Part shown: in pieces, positions 51,052 to 64,000 of the stretch
How the letters are laid out: every line of letters begins with the position of its first letter
How positions within the stretch are numbered: the first letter of the stretch is position 1
DNA from: Octopus vulgaris
Lineage: Eukaryota
Assembly: GCA_951406725.2 (NCBI GenBank)
Contig: OX597828.1
Location: 74,648,001 to 74,712,000, forward strand
DNA length: 64,000 bases
Reading direction: 5' to 3'
Position numbers and translations under genes: made by a program
The notes under the pieces: model-generated
What the model was told of the DNA's origin: nothing
Seen by the model: only the letters and a program-made list of their open reading frames with translations
Databases searched by the model: none

Positions 51052-52044
51052 TGATACGAGGTCATTCGGAGAAAGTGTGCTTGTGGCCTGGTTTTGGCAG
51101 TTGGCGCCAAACAGAAGGCTCAAGCCTTTTGTCCTGTCAGTTTCTGGAGAAATTAATGTGTTTGGAACAGACCTTTGACCCTTTCCGGTCAGGGAAAGTT
51201 TAAGAAACCACCCTTTAAAATGCGGCGAGCAGTTGGCATCGTGATCAGTCGGCAACAGAGTGAGTTGGCATCGTGGTCAGTTTGGCAACAGGGCAGTTTA
51301 GCAGTCTGCCGGAGACAGTGAATGGGAGAAGATGACAAGCGAGAGGTTGAGAAAGACATACACAGAGGATTGAGAGCGAAAGAGAGAGATTACGGCGGAA
51401 AGGCACGGCTATTGTAACTAGAAAATGTAACGGTAAAGTTTTGTTTATTTTTTGATGTGAAATGTAAAAGAAAGAATTGTGACGTAAATTGTAATCTGTG
51501 ATGAAGAGAAAAAAAAGAATTGTTGAACTAAAGAAGAATTGATGTGTCAGAAACAAGAAAGAAGGAAAAGAGGAAGAAAAGAAATGAGATTGTGAACATT
51601 GTGAAACATTGTGAAAAGAGTTGTTGAAGAGGCAGAAAAGAAAGACTTTAATGTAGAACATTGAACTGTTTGTCTCCGGACTTGGTGTATCGTGAACATT
51701 GTTTGTTTTGATTGTTTTCGATTTTGTTGTTTTCTTGTTAATTCTGTTGCATGTTATTTTCTTTAATGTATCTGCTATGTTTCATATTGTATTTGATGTC
51801 GTAATAATTGTAATAAACTGTTCTTAAATGTAAGTTATCGCCTTCCGCCGTCTCTCTATCTCTTCCTCCTGTTGTTGTTGTTGTTGTTTTCTCCGGTCGC
51901 CGGTTCGAGTTCGCTGCCGTCCCCCCTCCGCCACCGTTTTCTCTCTGTGTGGCGAATCCCCCGTTCGACTGGGCCGGTCAATCGTCGTCGCTTGACTTGG
52001 TGGAGTCCCGGGTTCGAGTTTGAGCGACGGCAGGTTTCGTAACA
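51052..52044 (+). mobile_element. Solo LTR (993 bp), Gypsy-like
   Basis: TG..CA ends, TGATACGA / TCGTAACA terminal inverted repeat (7/8), 4-bp TSD ATAT at 51048-51051 and 52045-52048, AATAAA 51812. Confidence 0.85.
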
Positions 52045-52173
52045 ATATAATTAATCCGTTCCAGTCCCACAATACTACTCAAAAATAATTTTTTATAGGT
52101 TTTAAAACAGAAAAGGTGCAGTTACAAGTAAAATGACAATTATAATAAAAAGAGAATGCAAAAGAAATATGTA

Positions 52174-52350
52174 TAGGCGCAGAAGAAGCTGTGCGGTAAG
52201 TAGCTTGCTTACCAACCACATGGTTCTGGGTTCAGTCCCACTGCGTGACACCTTGGGCAAGTGTCTTCTACTATAGCCTCGGGCCGACCAAAGCCTTGTG
52301 AGTGGATTTGGTAGACGGAAACTGAAAGAAGCCCGTCGTATATATGTATG

Positions 52351-52404
<54 letters not shown>

Positions 52405-52606
52405 TGTGTGTGTATATGTTTTTTTCCCCAACATCGATGCTGGTGTGTTTGGGTCCCCGTAACATTAGCGGTTCGGCAAAAGAGACCGATAGAATAAGTT
52501 CCGAGCTTACAAAGAATAAGTCCTTGTGTCGAATTGCTCGACTAAAGGCGGTGCTCCAGCAAGGCCACAGTCAAATGACTGAAACAAGTAAAAGAGTAAA
52601 AAGAGA
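52174..52606 (+). mobile_element. Full-length family A SINE
   Basis: Head, internal (TA)n, (AAAAGAGT)n tail. Confidence 0.93.
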
Positions 52607-52790
52607 GAGAGAGTAAACTGGTTTTATTGACGGAATCACCTTAAAAATGGGACGTTTTGTCTGCTCGTCCAACGGATTTACGCTCGTACTTCAAGACAAA
52701 AATTCGCACGAGTCTCGGCTCGTACAGCAAATTACTCCTAAATTGGGGCACTCGTACTGCGAGGTTTTACTGTAGTTAAAAATAAATCGT

Positions 52791-53168
52791 AGCACTCCGT
52801 CGGTTACAACGACGAGGGTTCCAGTTGATCCGATCAACGGAACAGCCTGCTTGTGAAATTAGTGTGCAACTGGCTGAGCATCCCACAGACACGTGCACCC
52901 TTAACGTAGTTCTCGGGGAGATTCGGCGTGACACAGGGTGTGATAAGGCTGACCCCTTTGAAATAGAGGTACAACAGAAACTGGAAGAGTGAGAGAAAGT
53001 TATGGTGAAAGAATACAGCAGTGTTCGCCACCACCCTCTGCAGGAGCCTCGTGGAGATTTAGATGCTTTCGCTCAATAAACACCCACGATGCCCCGGTCT
53101 GGGAATCGAAACCGCGATCCTATGACCGCGAGTCCGCTGCCCTAACCACTGGGCCATTGCACCTCCAC
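52791..53168 (-). mobile_element. OR1-like SINE with tail type iii
   Basis: Collinear with 23484-23869. Confidence 0.92.
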
Positions 53169-53644
53169 TATAAATATAGTTTAGATATATACTGTTTGCA
53201 TCAACATGCACACAAGTATGTGTGCATACACCGATATAGATTCGCACGCACATTTGTGTGTGTGTGTGTTACGCGGTCGTGCATACACAAAAAGGTGCGT
53301 GGCCTAGTGATTAGTTTTATGCTCGCGACCGCAAGACCGCAGTTTCGATTCCCGCACTGGGCGGTGCATTGTATTCTTCAGCGAAAAGACTTCATTTAAC
53401 TTCATTTCACTTTGCTGCATTCCACTCGGCTGTAAATAGACAACCCTACGACAGACTGGCTGGAGTACATCGGAGAGAGAGAGAGAGAGAAGGAGAGAGA
53501 GAGAGAAAGACAGAGAGAGATAAGGAGAGAGCGAGAGAGGAGAGAGAAAAAGGAGAGAGAGAGAAAGAGAAAAGAGAGCGTGAGAAAGAAAGGAGGGAGT
53601 AAGTAGGAGAGAGGGGACTTGTCATTGTCGGAATACTATATACA

Positions 53645-54045
53645 CTTTTCTACTTTTAGGCACAAGGCCCGAAATTTTTGGGGAGGAGGCCAGTCGATTA
53701 GATTGACTCCTGTACACGCAACTGGTACTTAATTTATTGACCCCGAAAGGATGAAAGGCAAAGTCGACTTCGGCGGAATTTGAACTCAGAACGTAAAGAC
53801 AGACGAAGTACATGTTTCTTTACTACCCACAAGGGGCTAAACACAGAGGGGACAAACAAGGACAGACAAACGGATTAAGTCGATTACATCGACCCCAGTG
53901 CGTAACTGGTACTTATTTATCGACCTCTAAAGGATGAAAGGCTAAGTCGACCTCGGCGGAATTTGAACTCAGAAGGCAGCGGCTGACGAAATACCACAAA
54001 GCATTTCACCCGGCGTGCTTACGACTCTGCCAGCTCGTCGCCTTG
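53645..54045 (-). mobile_element. Two tandem family N SINEs with different tails
   Basis: One GGCCTTGTGCCTAAAAGTAGAAA tail, one TAGCCCCTTGTGGGTAGTAAAGAAA tail. Confidence 0.9.
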
Positions 54046-55062
54046 AACGAGCAGATATTCCTGATGAAATGACAATGACCAAGCGAAACTAGTCGATCTG
54101 TTCTCAGATTCCTCTTTTTGAACATATGCCTTAATAAACATACACAGGCGAACTTATAAGGCTTTGGTCGGCCCAAGGCCTTAGTAGAAGACACATGCCC
54201 AAGGTGCTATATAGTGGTACTGAACCCAGAACTATGTGGTTGGGAAGCAAGCTTCTTACCACACAGCCATACCTTTCAAGCGCACACGCACGCGCACACA
54301 CACACTTGATCCATCGCTCGGTTCGACTCCAGAGTCTGTCACGTCGTGTATCTTTAACGGATTCCAGTCTTCTCTAAGCATTTGAGTCAGGTCTCCGGTT
54401 TGAGGATATTTTCTTCTCTTCCGCCCGACCATCAGACCCAGAGACCTTGGAGAGGGTATTGAACATCGCCTCCCAACTAAGAGCAATTTATATCAATCCA
54501 TACGTACATATGCACATAGACACACAGACAGATACATACATATACACACACGCATAGATTCTCACATACATACAACCACAGGTACATAGATACACGCGAG
54601 TATACATACAGCTACACACATGATAATTGCTTGGTGGAGTCAGGGGCTAACCTTCTCCTCGCACCCCACCACCCATGAGGCTGTGAGATGACTAAGGCTT
54701 CATAATGGTTTACGAGGAGCAAAGAAATCATGGCAGACAAACCTCAGCATCTTTCTACCATTGATTGGGTCAGTCTGTGGAGGAATATATTCCGAGGCAG
54801 ATATTTCTGCGTTGTGGAAGGATCCTCACCCCCACCACACACACACATAATCAAAAGTGGACTGACTCATTTCGATGAAATAGAGAAATCGTGTGAAGCG
54901 GACAGCTGACAGCGTTGATCGTTCGTATCGGATTACTGGGTTAGTTTCATTTCGAATCTACGTTTGGCGTGGTACGCAGCACGTTCTGTATGAACATTAA
55001 TTCTGCGAAAGGTTAGTCTAGATAACCATATCCAAATATAATACTATTCCTATCCCACTTGT

Positions 55063-55376
55063 ATGGGGGCGCAATGGCCCAGTGGTTAGGGCAGCGGACT
55101 CGTGGTCGAAGGATCGCGTTTTCGATTCCCAGACCTAGTGTTGTGTGTGTTTATTGAGCGAAAACACCTAAAGCTCCACGAGTCTTCAGCAGGGGGTGGC
55201 GGCGACCCCTGTTGTACTCTTTCGCCCCAACTTTCTCTCACTCTCTTCCTGTTTCTTGAGTAACGCTGCGATGGACTGGCGGCCCGTCCAGCTCGGGGGA
55301 ACACATACGCCACAGAAACTGGGAAAGCGGGCCCATGAGCCTGGCCAGGCTTGAAAAGGGTACATAAATAAATAAA
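55063..55376 (+). mobile_element. OR1-like SINE with tail type i
   Basis: Reverse complement of 2318-2632; near-TSD TC(C/T)CACTTGT. Confidence 0.92.
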
Positions 55377-56074
55377 TATCTCACTTGTGCACACCCCAAT
55401 GTTGTCATAACATTATTGGCGACGAGATATTCTAACGACATAACAACTTGCAGTCCAAATTTGGAGTTGTTTACTTTGTCGTAGAATATGTTGTAGATGT
55501 GGAGGCAAAATGGTCGGTATTCGCAGACTATTTCTGTACGTATAAGGGCGAACGGATCTGCAACGTAGTAGCAAACGGTCCCGACTTCCGTTGTGAGGAC
55601 ACTGGACTCATTTCATTGGCTAAAAATATATAATTTTAAATGCTTCTATCTGGTTTATCATTAACTAGCTGGCCCCGTGCCGTCAAAAATGGCGGCTAAT
55701 TGCAATATTTTATATATAAATATGGATGGTGAATCAAATTAATACACTTGTCAATATCGAGTGGTTGTATTTTAAGATGTGACATCGATCATCGTTTGTC
55801 ACTGAAAGAATGCTGATTCACGCATACAAACATTCACATACTTCCCTTGTACACACACACACACACACACATACGTACAGAGTTGAAACGCTCTCACCAC
55901 CGGTTTGTCATCATCCTTTCCTTCCTCATTCATATGTTGTGGCGGAGAAAGAAATGAATGCGACAGTCGTCATCAGAATGCGAAATTACATGCGTGTGGA
56001 AAATGTGGAAAGAATCCATTGAGAATTGAAAATTTCTCAAGTGATTAGAAGAAAACGAAGATCCAGTCGTACGT

Positions 56075-56110
<36 letters not shown>

Positions 56111-56957
56111 ACGCAAGCGCGCGTATGTGGCAAGACAAGGAATAATTTACTTTTTTGTTGCCCAGGCGAAAGGCCAACAATGGATATGGAGTATAGATTT
56201 TTTATATTAATTTCCTTCAATTAAGCACGCAAATATATTTTATTACCAATGTCAGCTAGAGGGCGTTTCATAATCGGATCGGATCGGATACAGACAGGTC
56301 TGCGGACTTCGTGCTCTGCAGCGTTTCTCAGTTCTCTGCGATTGAACTCTAAGCATACCATCTGCAGTGGTTATGGATCTCTTTTACATAAGCCCCAAAT
56401 TCACTTTCTGCACCTTATATTTTCCCCGAGATCGATAAAATAAAGTACCAGCCAAATACTTGAGATCAACTTAATCGATTAAACCCCGTCCCCACAAATA
56501 TTTGGTCACGTGGTTATGTAAAATATTTTTCATTATTGCAATCGAGCGCTCTTTACAGAAGTAAGATTAAGCTTTTATCCTCCTGGGGGCCAATGAAATA
56601 ATATTACAGTGAAGAACTGATGTTGATTGTACCAATTAATCCTTGAACCCTACGACCCACAATTCCTGGTCTTGTGCCCAAAACCAGAAACCATTAAAAG
56701 CGGCGAGCTGACAGAATCGGTGGAGCGTCTGACGAAATACATTGCATTTATGTAAATTCGTTTTAAGAATATCATCGAGGGTTTTGCAATTAAAACAAAA
56801 AAACAAAAAGAGAGGAGAAAACTTCTCAAATCTAAATAAAGTGGAAGGATAGAAAAATAAACATTATTTTGCATCTTAACTCTTAGCGTTGTTGACTTTT
56901 GAAAAGTACAAAAATATTTCAGTTACGTTTTAAATTATGTTTATCATTTTTTTAATG

Positions 56958-57353
56958 CTTTTACTTGTTTCAGTCATTTGACTGCGGCCATGCTGGAGCA
57001 CCGCCTTTATTCGAATCAAATCGATCCCAGGACTTAGTCTTTGTAAGCCTAGTACTTATTCTATCGGTCTCTTTTGCCGAACCGGTAAGTTACGGGGGAC
57101 CAAAACACACCAGCATCGGTTGTCAAACGATGTTGTGGGGGTGGGGACAAACACAGATACACAACATATACACACACACATACATATATATATACTCATA
57201 TATACGACGGGCTTCTTTCAGTTTCCGTCTACCAAATCCACTCAAGATTTTTGGTCGGCCCGGGGTTATAGTAGAAGACACTTGCCCAAGGACTGAACCC
57301 GGAACCATATGGTTGGTAAGCAAGCTACTTACCACACAGCCACACCTGCGCCT
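56958..57353 (-). mobile_element. Family A SINE
   Basis: Collinear with 17650-18045. Confidence 0.9.
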
Positions 57354-57888
57354 ATGTTTGTTTACATTTTGAACCATTCACATATACTTGAGGGCACCAA
57401 AACCTTTTCAGTGCTTAGGGCCTCTAATGGCCTCAATCCTGCTTATATGCCATACCGATAGACAATATAAATAGTTAACCGACTTTTGTCCTATTAGAGA
57501 GTGCTTTTTTCCCTGGCTTATTTACAATTAATTGATTGTGTGTGTGTGTGAGTGTCTGTGTATACGTACGCGCGCGCGCACACAGAGGGCGTTCATGAAT
57601 TATCTTGTACAACTTCCATAATTTATTACTCAGGGTGTTGCGTGCAACTAAAAGAGTTCACGTAAATATTCTGGTGTTTCTAATAAAACTTTCTTTGCCT
57701 GTTTTCCAATAAACGCTGCCGAGTTCTCATCTGCCATTTTATTTTCTGAATTTTTCAGTGGAGAAGTTATTTATAAACACCCTGTGTATGTATGTGTGTG
57801 CGCGTGCGTGTATATATATATATATATATATACACGCACACAATATTATATATATATATACATATATATACACACACACACATAATAT

Positions 57889-57955
<67 letters not shown>

Positions 57956-58006
57956 TAAACACACACACACACATGCACACACATCACAAAACACATAATA
58001 TTTTAT

Positions 58007-58045
<39 letters not shown>

Positions 58046-58756
58046 ATATTATATAAAACCTGCTCTCGCAAAAAACTGGTTGCACAATTAATTTCCAATA
58101 ATTATATGAAACCGGAAAAGATCTATTTTCAGAATAGTACATAACATAATAAAAGGAAAAATTACACAATTAATTAGTCTTATTCCTGCTTATATTTAAA
58201 CTCATTATTATTCCTGTTGCTATGAATAATTCTCCTAATTTTCGCACAGACTTAGTAAAAACACAACTAGGTTATAGTTTTATATAGCATTACGTCTTTT
58301 CAATGGTTCTGCACGATTTCTTTGAAAAATTATGGTTTTGTTTACCGACGCATCTGACCACTTATGGCGTCTATGCGGGATTTTTGCGAAATTTCACATG
58401 AAAAATAAATGAATGTTTACTCATCAAAATATATAATTTCCCTGTAAGTAATTAGGTCTTTCGCTGGTAGATGTATATAAAAATATACATACACGTGAGG
58501 CGTTTATCAAAAGACAAACAAAATTCGAAGTGTTTTGTCTTTACGTAGTCTATTGTTAAGCAGCAACAGCAAACGGAAATATCAACCGCGATATTGCGAC
58601 AGATTACTGTACATGCCTTCTTCATCTGCATCTCCTCCTCCTTGCCGCCACTATCACGTGACGACGAGTGTTTCTGTACGTGACATAATTTCAGAACCTC
58701 TAAAAGCCAAGCTGTTCGATTCCTTACAGCTATGAATTATTCGTTTATTTTTATTA

Positions 58757-59050
58757 ATCACTAAAACCTTCCGCGAGTAATGAAAAACCTTCATGTCAAA
58801 TTTGGTATTATATCGCTGAAAAAAAAAAGTTAATCGGAAGGGTCTTATAGGTAGTGATAGTGGGTGGGGGAGGGTACAGTCCCCATATGGGCGAGGGCCA
58901 AAATTTGACCCCCCCCCACACACACACACTAGAACTTTTCCCAAGTAATGAAGAACCTTCGTACGAAATTTGGTACAGATTGATCCAGCCTTTGGGTCGT
59001 GCAGAAAGGAAACACACACACACACACACAGTGAATTTTATAGATTAAAT
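58757..59050. mobile_element. Helitron/Helentron-derived non-autonomous element with internal duplication
   Basis: Duplicated ACTA.AAC..AGTAATGAA.AACCTTC..AAATTTGGTA at ~58760 and ~58928, then (CA)n and TTTTATAGAT. Confidence 0.55.
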
Positions 59051-59158
59051 ATACAAGTCTCAATGGCTGTGTTGTTATTTCATGTTTGAATACATTACTT
59101 TGAATCCGTCCCCAGTCAGTATTTATTCATACAGCTGTCACTATCACAGGAAATGAAC

Positions 59159-59211
<53 letters not shown>

Positions 59212-59379
59212 TGCCTCAAACTTTCGATTTTCTTTTCTTTTTATAGCTTCCATTGTTAAATACAATCATAAGGATACATGTACACGACACACACAATACA
59301 CGACACACACACAATAGTGAGTGAGAGAGTGGGGGGAGACTGACTAACACCGCTTCTGCGTCACTTTGGTGACATTTTA

Positions 59380-60110
59380 AATGTTCCGAGAGAAATCTCC
59401 AACACAGATGTCACATATCTTCAGCAAGACCTTCAACAGAGATGAGCGCAGGATATTGCTGAGAAAACTATCCACGACTGCGATCTACAGAAAGCACAAC
59501 AAATGGATTAAATGTCTTCCGAGAAACAGAACCTAACATGCTGGGATTGATGGAATTCCGGTGACCCCGTCCACCCCCGCCACTAGTTTAACGTGTTCCG
59601 CTCACTTCCATTTATTATTCATGTAAAAGGTCATTGGGTCCTTGCAAACAACGCCAAGCACTCGAACAGACAAATATTTGCAGATGATTCTAAGTTTCAA
59701 TGCAAGTGAACAGAATCGGTCACCAGACACAACTCCGATTTGTTTCATCTACTTTGACTCAATAACCAAGGAAAAAAAAAACATGCTTGTAAACGTGGAA
59801 AAACTTGATCTCATACGCTGTGGGAAAGAGCTACGCCCCCCCCCCCTTGGAAAAACTTCTGGTACCGTTAAACCATACCAGATATTTAGGTGTCGCTGTG
59901 GACAACAACCCAATTTGGAGTGCACACATCAACAACGAAGTCGATATCATGTGCAGAACGCGCTCCTGGATTTCTAGAACATTCCAATCTAGAGATTATG
60001 ATGACATCGCTCTTATCTTCGTTTTCACGGCCACCCCTTCAATGCTGTTACTGTGGTCTCAGGACACAAAACGAAATACGAGAATTAAAGCATCACAGAA
60101 GTCGAACTCG
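59380..60110 (+). mobile_element. CR1/L2-group LINE RT relic
   Basis: IFADDSK at ~59675 and RYLGVAVDNNPIWSAHIN..WISRTFQSRD in 59805-60143. Confidence 0.78.
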
Positions 60111-60144
60111 TTCTTTCTCTCACACACACAACAACAACAATAAG

Positions 60145-60310
60145 CAAGAGCACTCGGAGAGCACAAACTTCTGCCATGGCAACACCAACGTCCTCTCAAC
60201 GATTAGCCAGAGATGCTTTTTAAAATGAGAATATCTAAAATGAACTCGAATGCTCTCACAAACGAGAATACTGAAAATGAACCCGATAGCTTTCAAAAAT
60301 TAAGTAAAAA
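60145..60310 (-). mobile_element. 3' part of Helentron/DINE-1-like element
   Basis: Reverse complement of 13500-13650, retaining the 3' hairpin GTGCTC-TCC-GAGTGC. Confidence 0.75.
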
Positions 60311-62118
60311 AAAAGCAGAAAAAACAATCTTCTCCTCAACGAAAATCGAACTTATATCACATAACATTGCGACGCACCATTTTTTTTTTTTTTGTTAACC
60401 TAACCCGGTTCAGCTTTATCGCAAAAGAAAAATATTTTAAAAAATAAATAAAGATCCCATGACAGTTAAATGGTACCTGGACGACACCTGGCTAACCACC
60501 GACATAAGGATACATCTTGCTTAACAACAATTCCAAATTCAAGAGGACTTCGGGGTTCCGACATAACTGGCCCTCCGTCGGTTACGAAGACGGGAGTTCC
60601 ACTTGATCCGATTCAGCGGAACAGTCTGCTCGTGAAATCAACGTGCTAGTGGCTGAGTACTCCACAGACACGCGTATCCAGTGGGACTGAACCCGGAACC
60701 ATGTGATCAGGAAGCAAGCGTCTTACCACACAGCCACTGCCGCGCCTAAGACTAACATTATGTAAAATAGTTAGAAACATGAGAGATAGGAGTTAATGTA
60801 AATCGGTGGATTGGAATTATTGCTGAACAATAATAATAATGAAAAATCAACAGAACTTACTAGATTTGGTTATTCCATTTCTTCTTCCCTGGCATATTCA
60901 GGAAATGCTGTACCCTATCGAAGATAAATAAGCCAAGTTTATGATGGCGAAATTTGACTCGGAACGGACGAAACTAAAACAAACAGGGTGAAGCATTTTG
61001 TTTACATTCTAACGACTAAAGTAAGAAAACGAGTTCTGTCTTAAGAATAAACAAGAACGAAATTAAATATTGAATTCAATGTTTAATTGTTTGAGCTTCT
61101 CAATTAATTCTGTTCCAATATTTAGAACGACTTAATGTAGTAAAAGTCTTTCATTTCACGACATTCTCCGTTGCATCGTAAAAAAAAAATGATTGGCATT
61201 TTGCGTCGAGGTCGACGACGGAGCGATAAACACACTGACTTATCTGCCTCTGCAATGCCTGGGACGTTTCTAGAAGAAAATATGTAGCCCCAAGTACACT
61301 TACCTCTTCACCTTTCATGGATACACAACGAAAGAAAGATGAGTCGTCGTTATATTCTCAGCATCCATGGAACCGCAGGGGATGCCAGGTATTGATTAAA
61401 TGCTGGTTAAACATAACCGCACATATATGTAGAAGAATGTATGTGAAATTACCAACGTGACATATTGGGAAGGTGACCAAAATAAATATATCAGATTATT
61501 TTTAGATATCTCAGATCTTCCAACTGCTATTGTCTTAAAAGATAGGTATTAGCAGATATATTGCTTTGGGCGGAATTTGAACTCAGAGCGCAGACAACTA
61601 GAACTAATAATACATGTCACTCTTTCAGAAGCATTTTTTCTTCTTAATATTAAATACAAAAATACAGATAAAATGAGTAAATTCGATTCCTGTTCAGTTA
61701 GTTGATAATTCAATATAACTTGTAAGAGTTTCTATCTTTAAATATCCGAGTTTGAAAGCAGCGAGTAATTCATAAGAAACTTGTAAGCCTTCGGCCTTTT
61801 GCCATGTCTAAGCATGTCGTCCATAATAGATACAATCTTTTATTGAGGAAAGACGTGAATACCAACAAAGAATTGCATTGGTCGAAATTCGTTTTCCTAC
61901 AATTTTCTATTTATACCAATACAAAACGGCAGTGAATAACATTTGTCTGTTAACTAAAAAAACAACAACAAAAGATGAAAAGAAAGACGCTAAGAGATGT
62001 TAATTTAATAACTTGAAGTAAAAAACAAAAAATGGCCTATTTGTTTCTTGCAAAGATGATCCCTTTGTATAAGTTCGGCTACATACGAGCAAAACTGTCC
62101 TGTCTAATACATACATAG

Positions 62119-62200
62119 AGTAATCCCTCGCCATATCGCGGTTCACCTATCGCGGTTTATTACTTAAGCTTACGTCGATTCCTCGTTGGTGTTGTTTTGC
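62119..62200. mobile_element. Terminal fragment of the Tigger-type MITE
   Basis: Reverse complement of 44650-44726. Confidence 0.8.
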
Positions 62201-62792
62201 CATTGGACCAAAACTATCCTCCGCATTACTCTATCCATTTTAGAATCTTTGTTCTTACTAATGAGAGCTTGTAAAAAAAAAAGAAAGAAAAAAAAGAATT
62301 ATTTCACGTTCTCTCGAAGTTTCTAAATTCTTATGACGTCAACAACAAAGGTGTTCGTGTACTCAAAGTTGCCAAGCAACCTCTTTAATTTAATCAAAAG
62401 ACTCCTGGATCGTGCCTGACCTGAAGTTAAACAACAACAGCAACATCAGAACGATTGTTCACAATGCATTTCTCTGTGTAACAATTGAATTTATCAATTA
62501 TGGGCCGGCCATATTTAATACTGTGATCACTGACCTCTGCTCCATCATGGCCGACTTGGGGGTTAACCATCACGTGATGAGGGTATGAATTACTAACGGT
62601 GTTTCTAGATATTGAAGTTTGCTCATTTTGTTTAAATTAATTGATTAATTGTGTTTGGTCAGAAACTAATTAAGGAATTACAAAGAGATAATTAATTACC
62701 TTGTCACATCAAATGTACATTAATTAAAATTTTGGCAATGAATAATTAATTAAATAAATGGACTGGATCATGTATCTTGTTGTACCTGAATT

Positions 62793-62850
<58 letters not shown>

Positions 62851-62959
62851 TAGCATTAAAGACCCGTCGTTGCCGGGTCATAGTGCTAGTGCATGTATAT
62901 ATGTGTATATATATGTGCACATATTACATGCACATCTATATACATACATCTACACATAT

Positions 62960-63212
62960 GTGTGCCGTATGTATTCCCCCCAGCTGGACGGAACGCCAGC
63001 CCATCGCAGCGTTACTCAAGAAACAAGAAGAGAGAGTGAGAGAAAGTTGTGGCGAAAGAGTACAAGGGTCGCCCCGCCCCCTGCTGGAGCCTCGTGGAGC
63101 TTTTAGGTGTTTTCGCTCAATAAACACACACACAACGCTCAGTCTAGGAATCGAAACCGCGATCCTCCGACCGCGATTCCGCTGCCCTAACCACTGGGCC
63201 ATTGCGCCTCCA
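62960..63212 (-). mobile_element. OR1-like SINE with truncated tail type i
   Basis: Collinear with 2390-2632. Confidence 0.9.
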
Positions 63213-63909
63213 CCAGTGACATAAAGTCAGAACATAAAGCCGGAACGAAATACCGCTGAGCATTTTAACTAACTTGCTAACAGTTCTGCCAGCGCCACTT
63301 TTCAGCATGTATAAATAAATATATTATGGACAATATGCAAATGTTTATCGAATCAGCTGCAAACGTAAGTTGGAGAAAAGCAGATAGATCTCTTGATAAA
63401 CAAAATGTCGACCTGAGATCGCAGATAAATTACAAGTGTAGCAGATACAATGAGGAAAAATCGAATTCCTATATTAAAATCTTATAAATTCCTATGACCA
63501 AAATCAAAGAAAGTAATATGTTTTGGATCAACGTCTTAGACTGTAGGAAAAGCAAGCCAGAAAGAACACAAGACTTTCGAGTTGTTGTTAACAAACATTT
63601 CCCATAAGACCAAAATGTAACAGAAGCCATTTTGTGTAAACACCGCTTTAATGGAAATTAACTCGGAGAGATTATTTCTTAATTGCATCAAAATTATCTC
63701 CTCTTTTTTTCCTTCACAGTTGCTCAAAAGTACCATTAAGTTCTGGCATTTTCTAAGTATGTGTGTGTATGTATGTATGTATGTTGTGTGTGTGTGTATA
63801 TATATATATAATAACACTAATTCTAGGATGGAATTCATAAATATTTAATACGTCCCTATGCGCGTTACAATAAACAAATTTAAAAGATATATATATATAT
63901 ATATATTGT

Positions 63910-64000
63910 GGCACTCCGTCGGTTACGACGATGAGGGTTCCAACTGATCCGATCAACGGAACAGCCTGTTCGTTTTAATTTACGCACAATTAGCTGAGCA
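63910..64000 (-). mobile_element. SINE tail type iii running off the window
   Basis: GCACTCCGTCGGTTACGACG..GATCCGATCAACGGAACAGCCTG as at 23492. Confidence 0.85.

Larger units (their letters stand above)
50946..52772. mobile_element. Tigger/pogo-type MITE hosting a solo LTR and a SINE
   Basis: TA|CTGTGATACCTCGAGGTAC ... GTACTGCGAGGTTTTACTG|TA. Confidence 0.75.

Overview
AT-rich, repeat-saturated non-coding animal DNA, most likely an Octopus intron or intergenic region; this is inferred from the tRNA-derived SINE families and the extreme (CA)n/(TA)n/(GA)n load. I can support no intact host protein-coding gene, and most ORFs in the track are microsatellite read-throughs. Recognisable content: dozens of SINEs from about four modular families, two decayed mariner (DD34D) elements, a solo LTR nested in a Tigger-type MITE, RTE- and CR1-like LINE relics, and piggyBac-, hAT- and Helentron-type non-autonomous elements. 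Three signals stand out. (1) Fold-back insertions sit in dinucleotide microsatellites and look like Penelope-like element (PLE) pseudo-LTR relics; they include a near-intact type I hammerhead ribozyme (26324-26388) next to a GIY-YIG-like C-terminal peptide, and two mirror-image hammerhead relics (36.8-37.3 kb). (2) A TSD-flanked tRNA-headed SINE has PLE-style inverted-tail architecture (2660-2890). (3) Three diverged copies of an unrecognised small Cys-containing protein module lie in two decayed, intronless gene cassettes (11.65-13.33 kb and 15.64-17.11 kb). All coordinates and alignments were read by eye, and family names need database confirmation.
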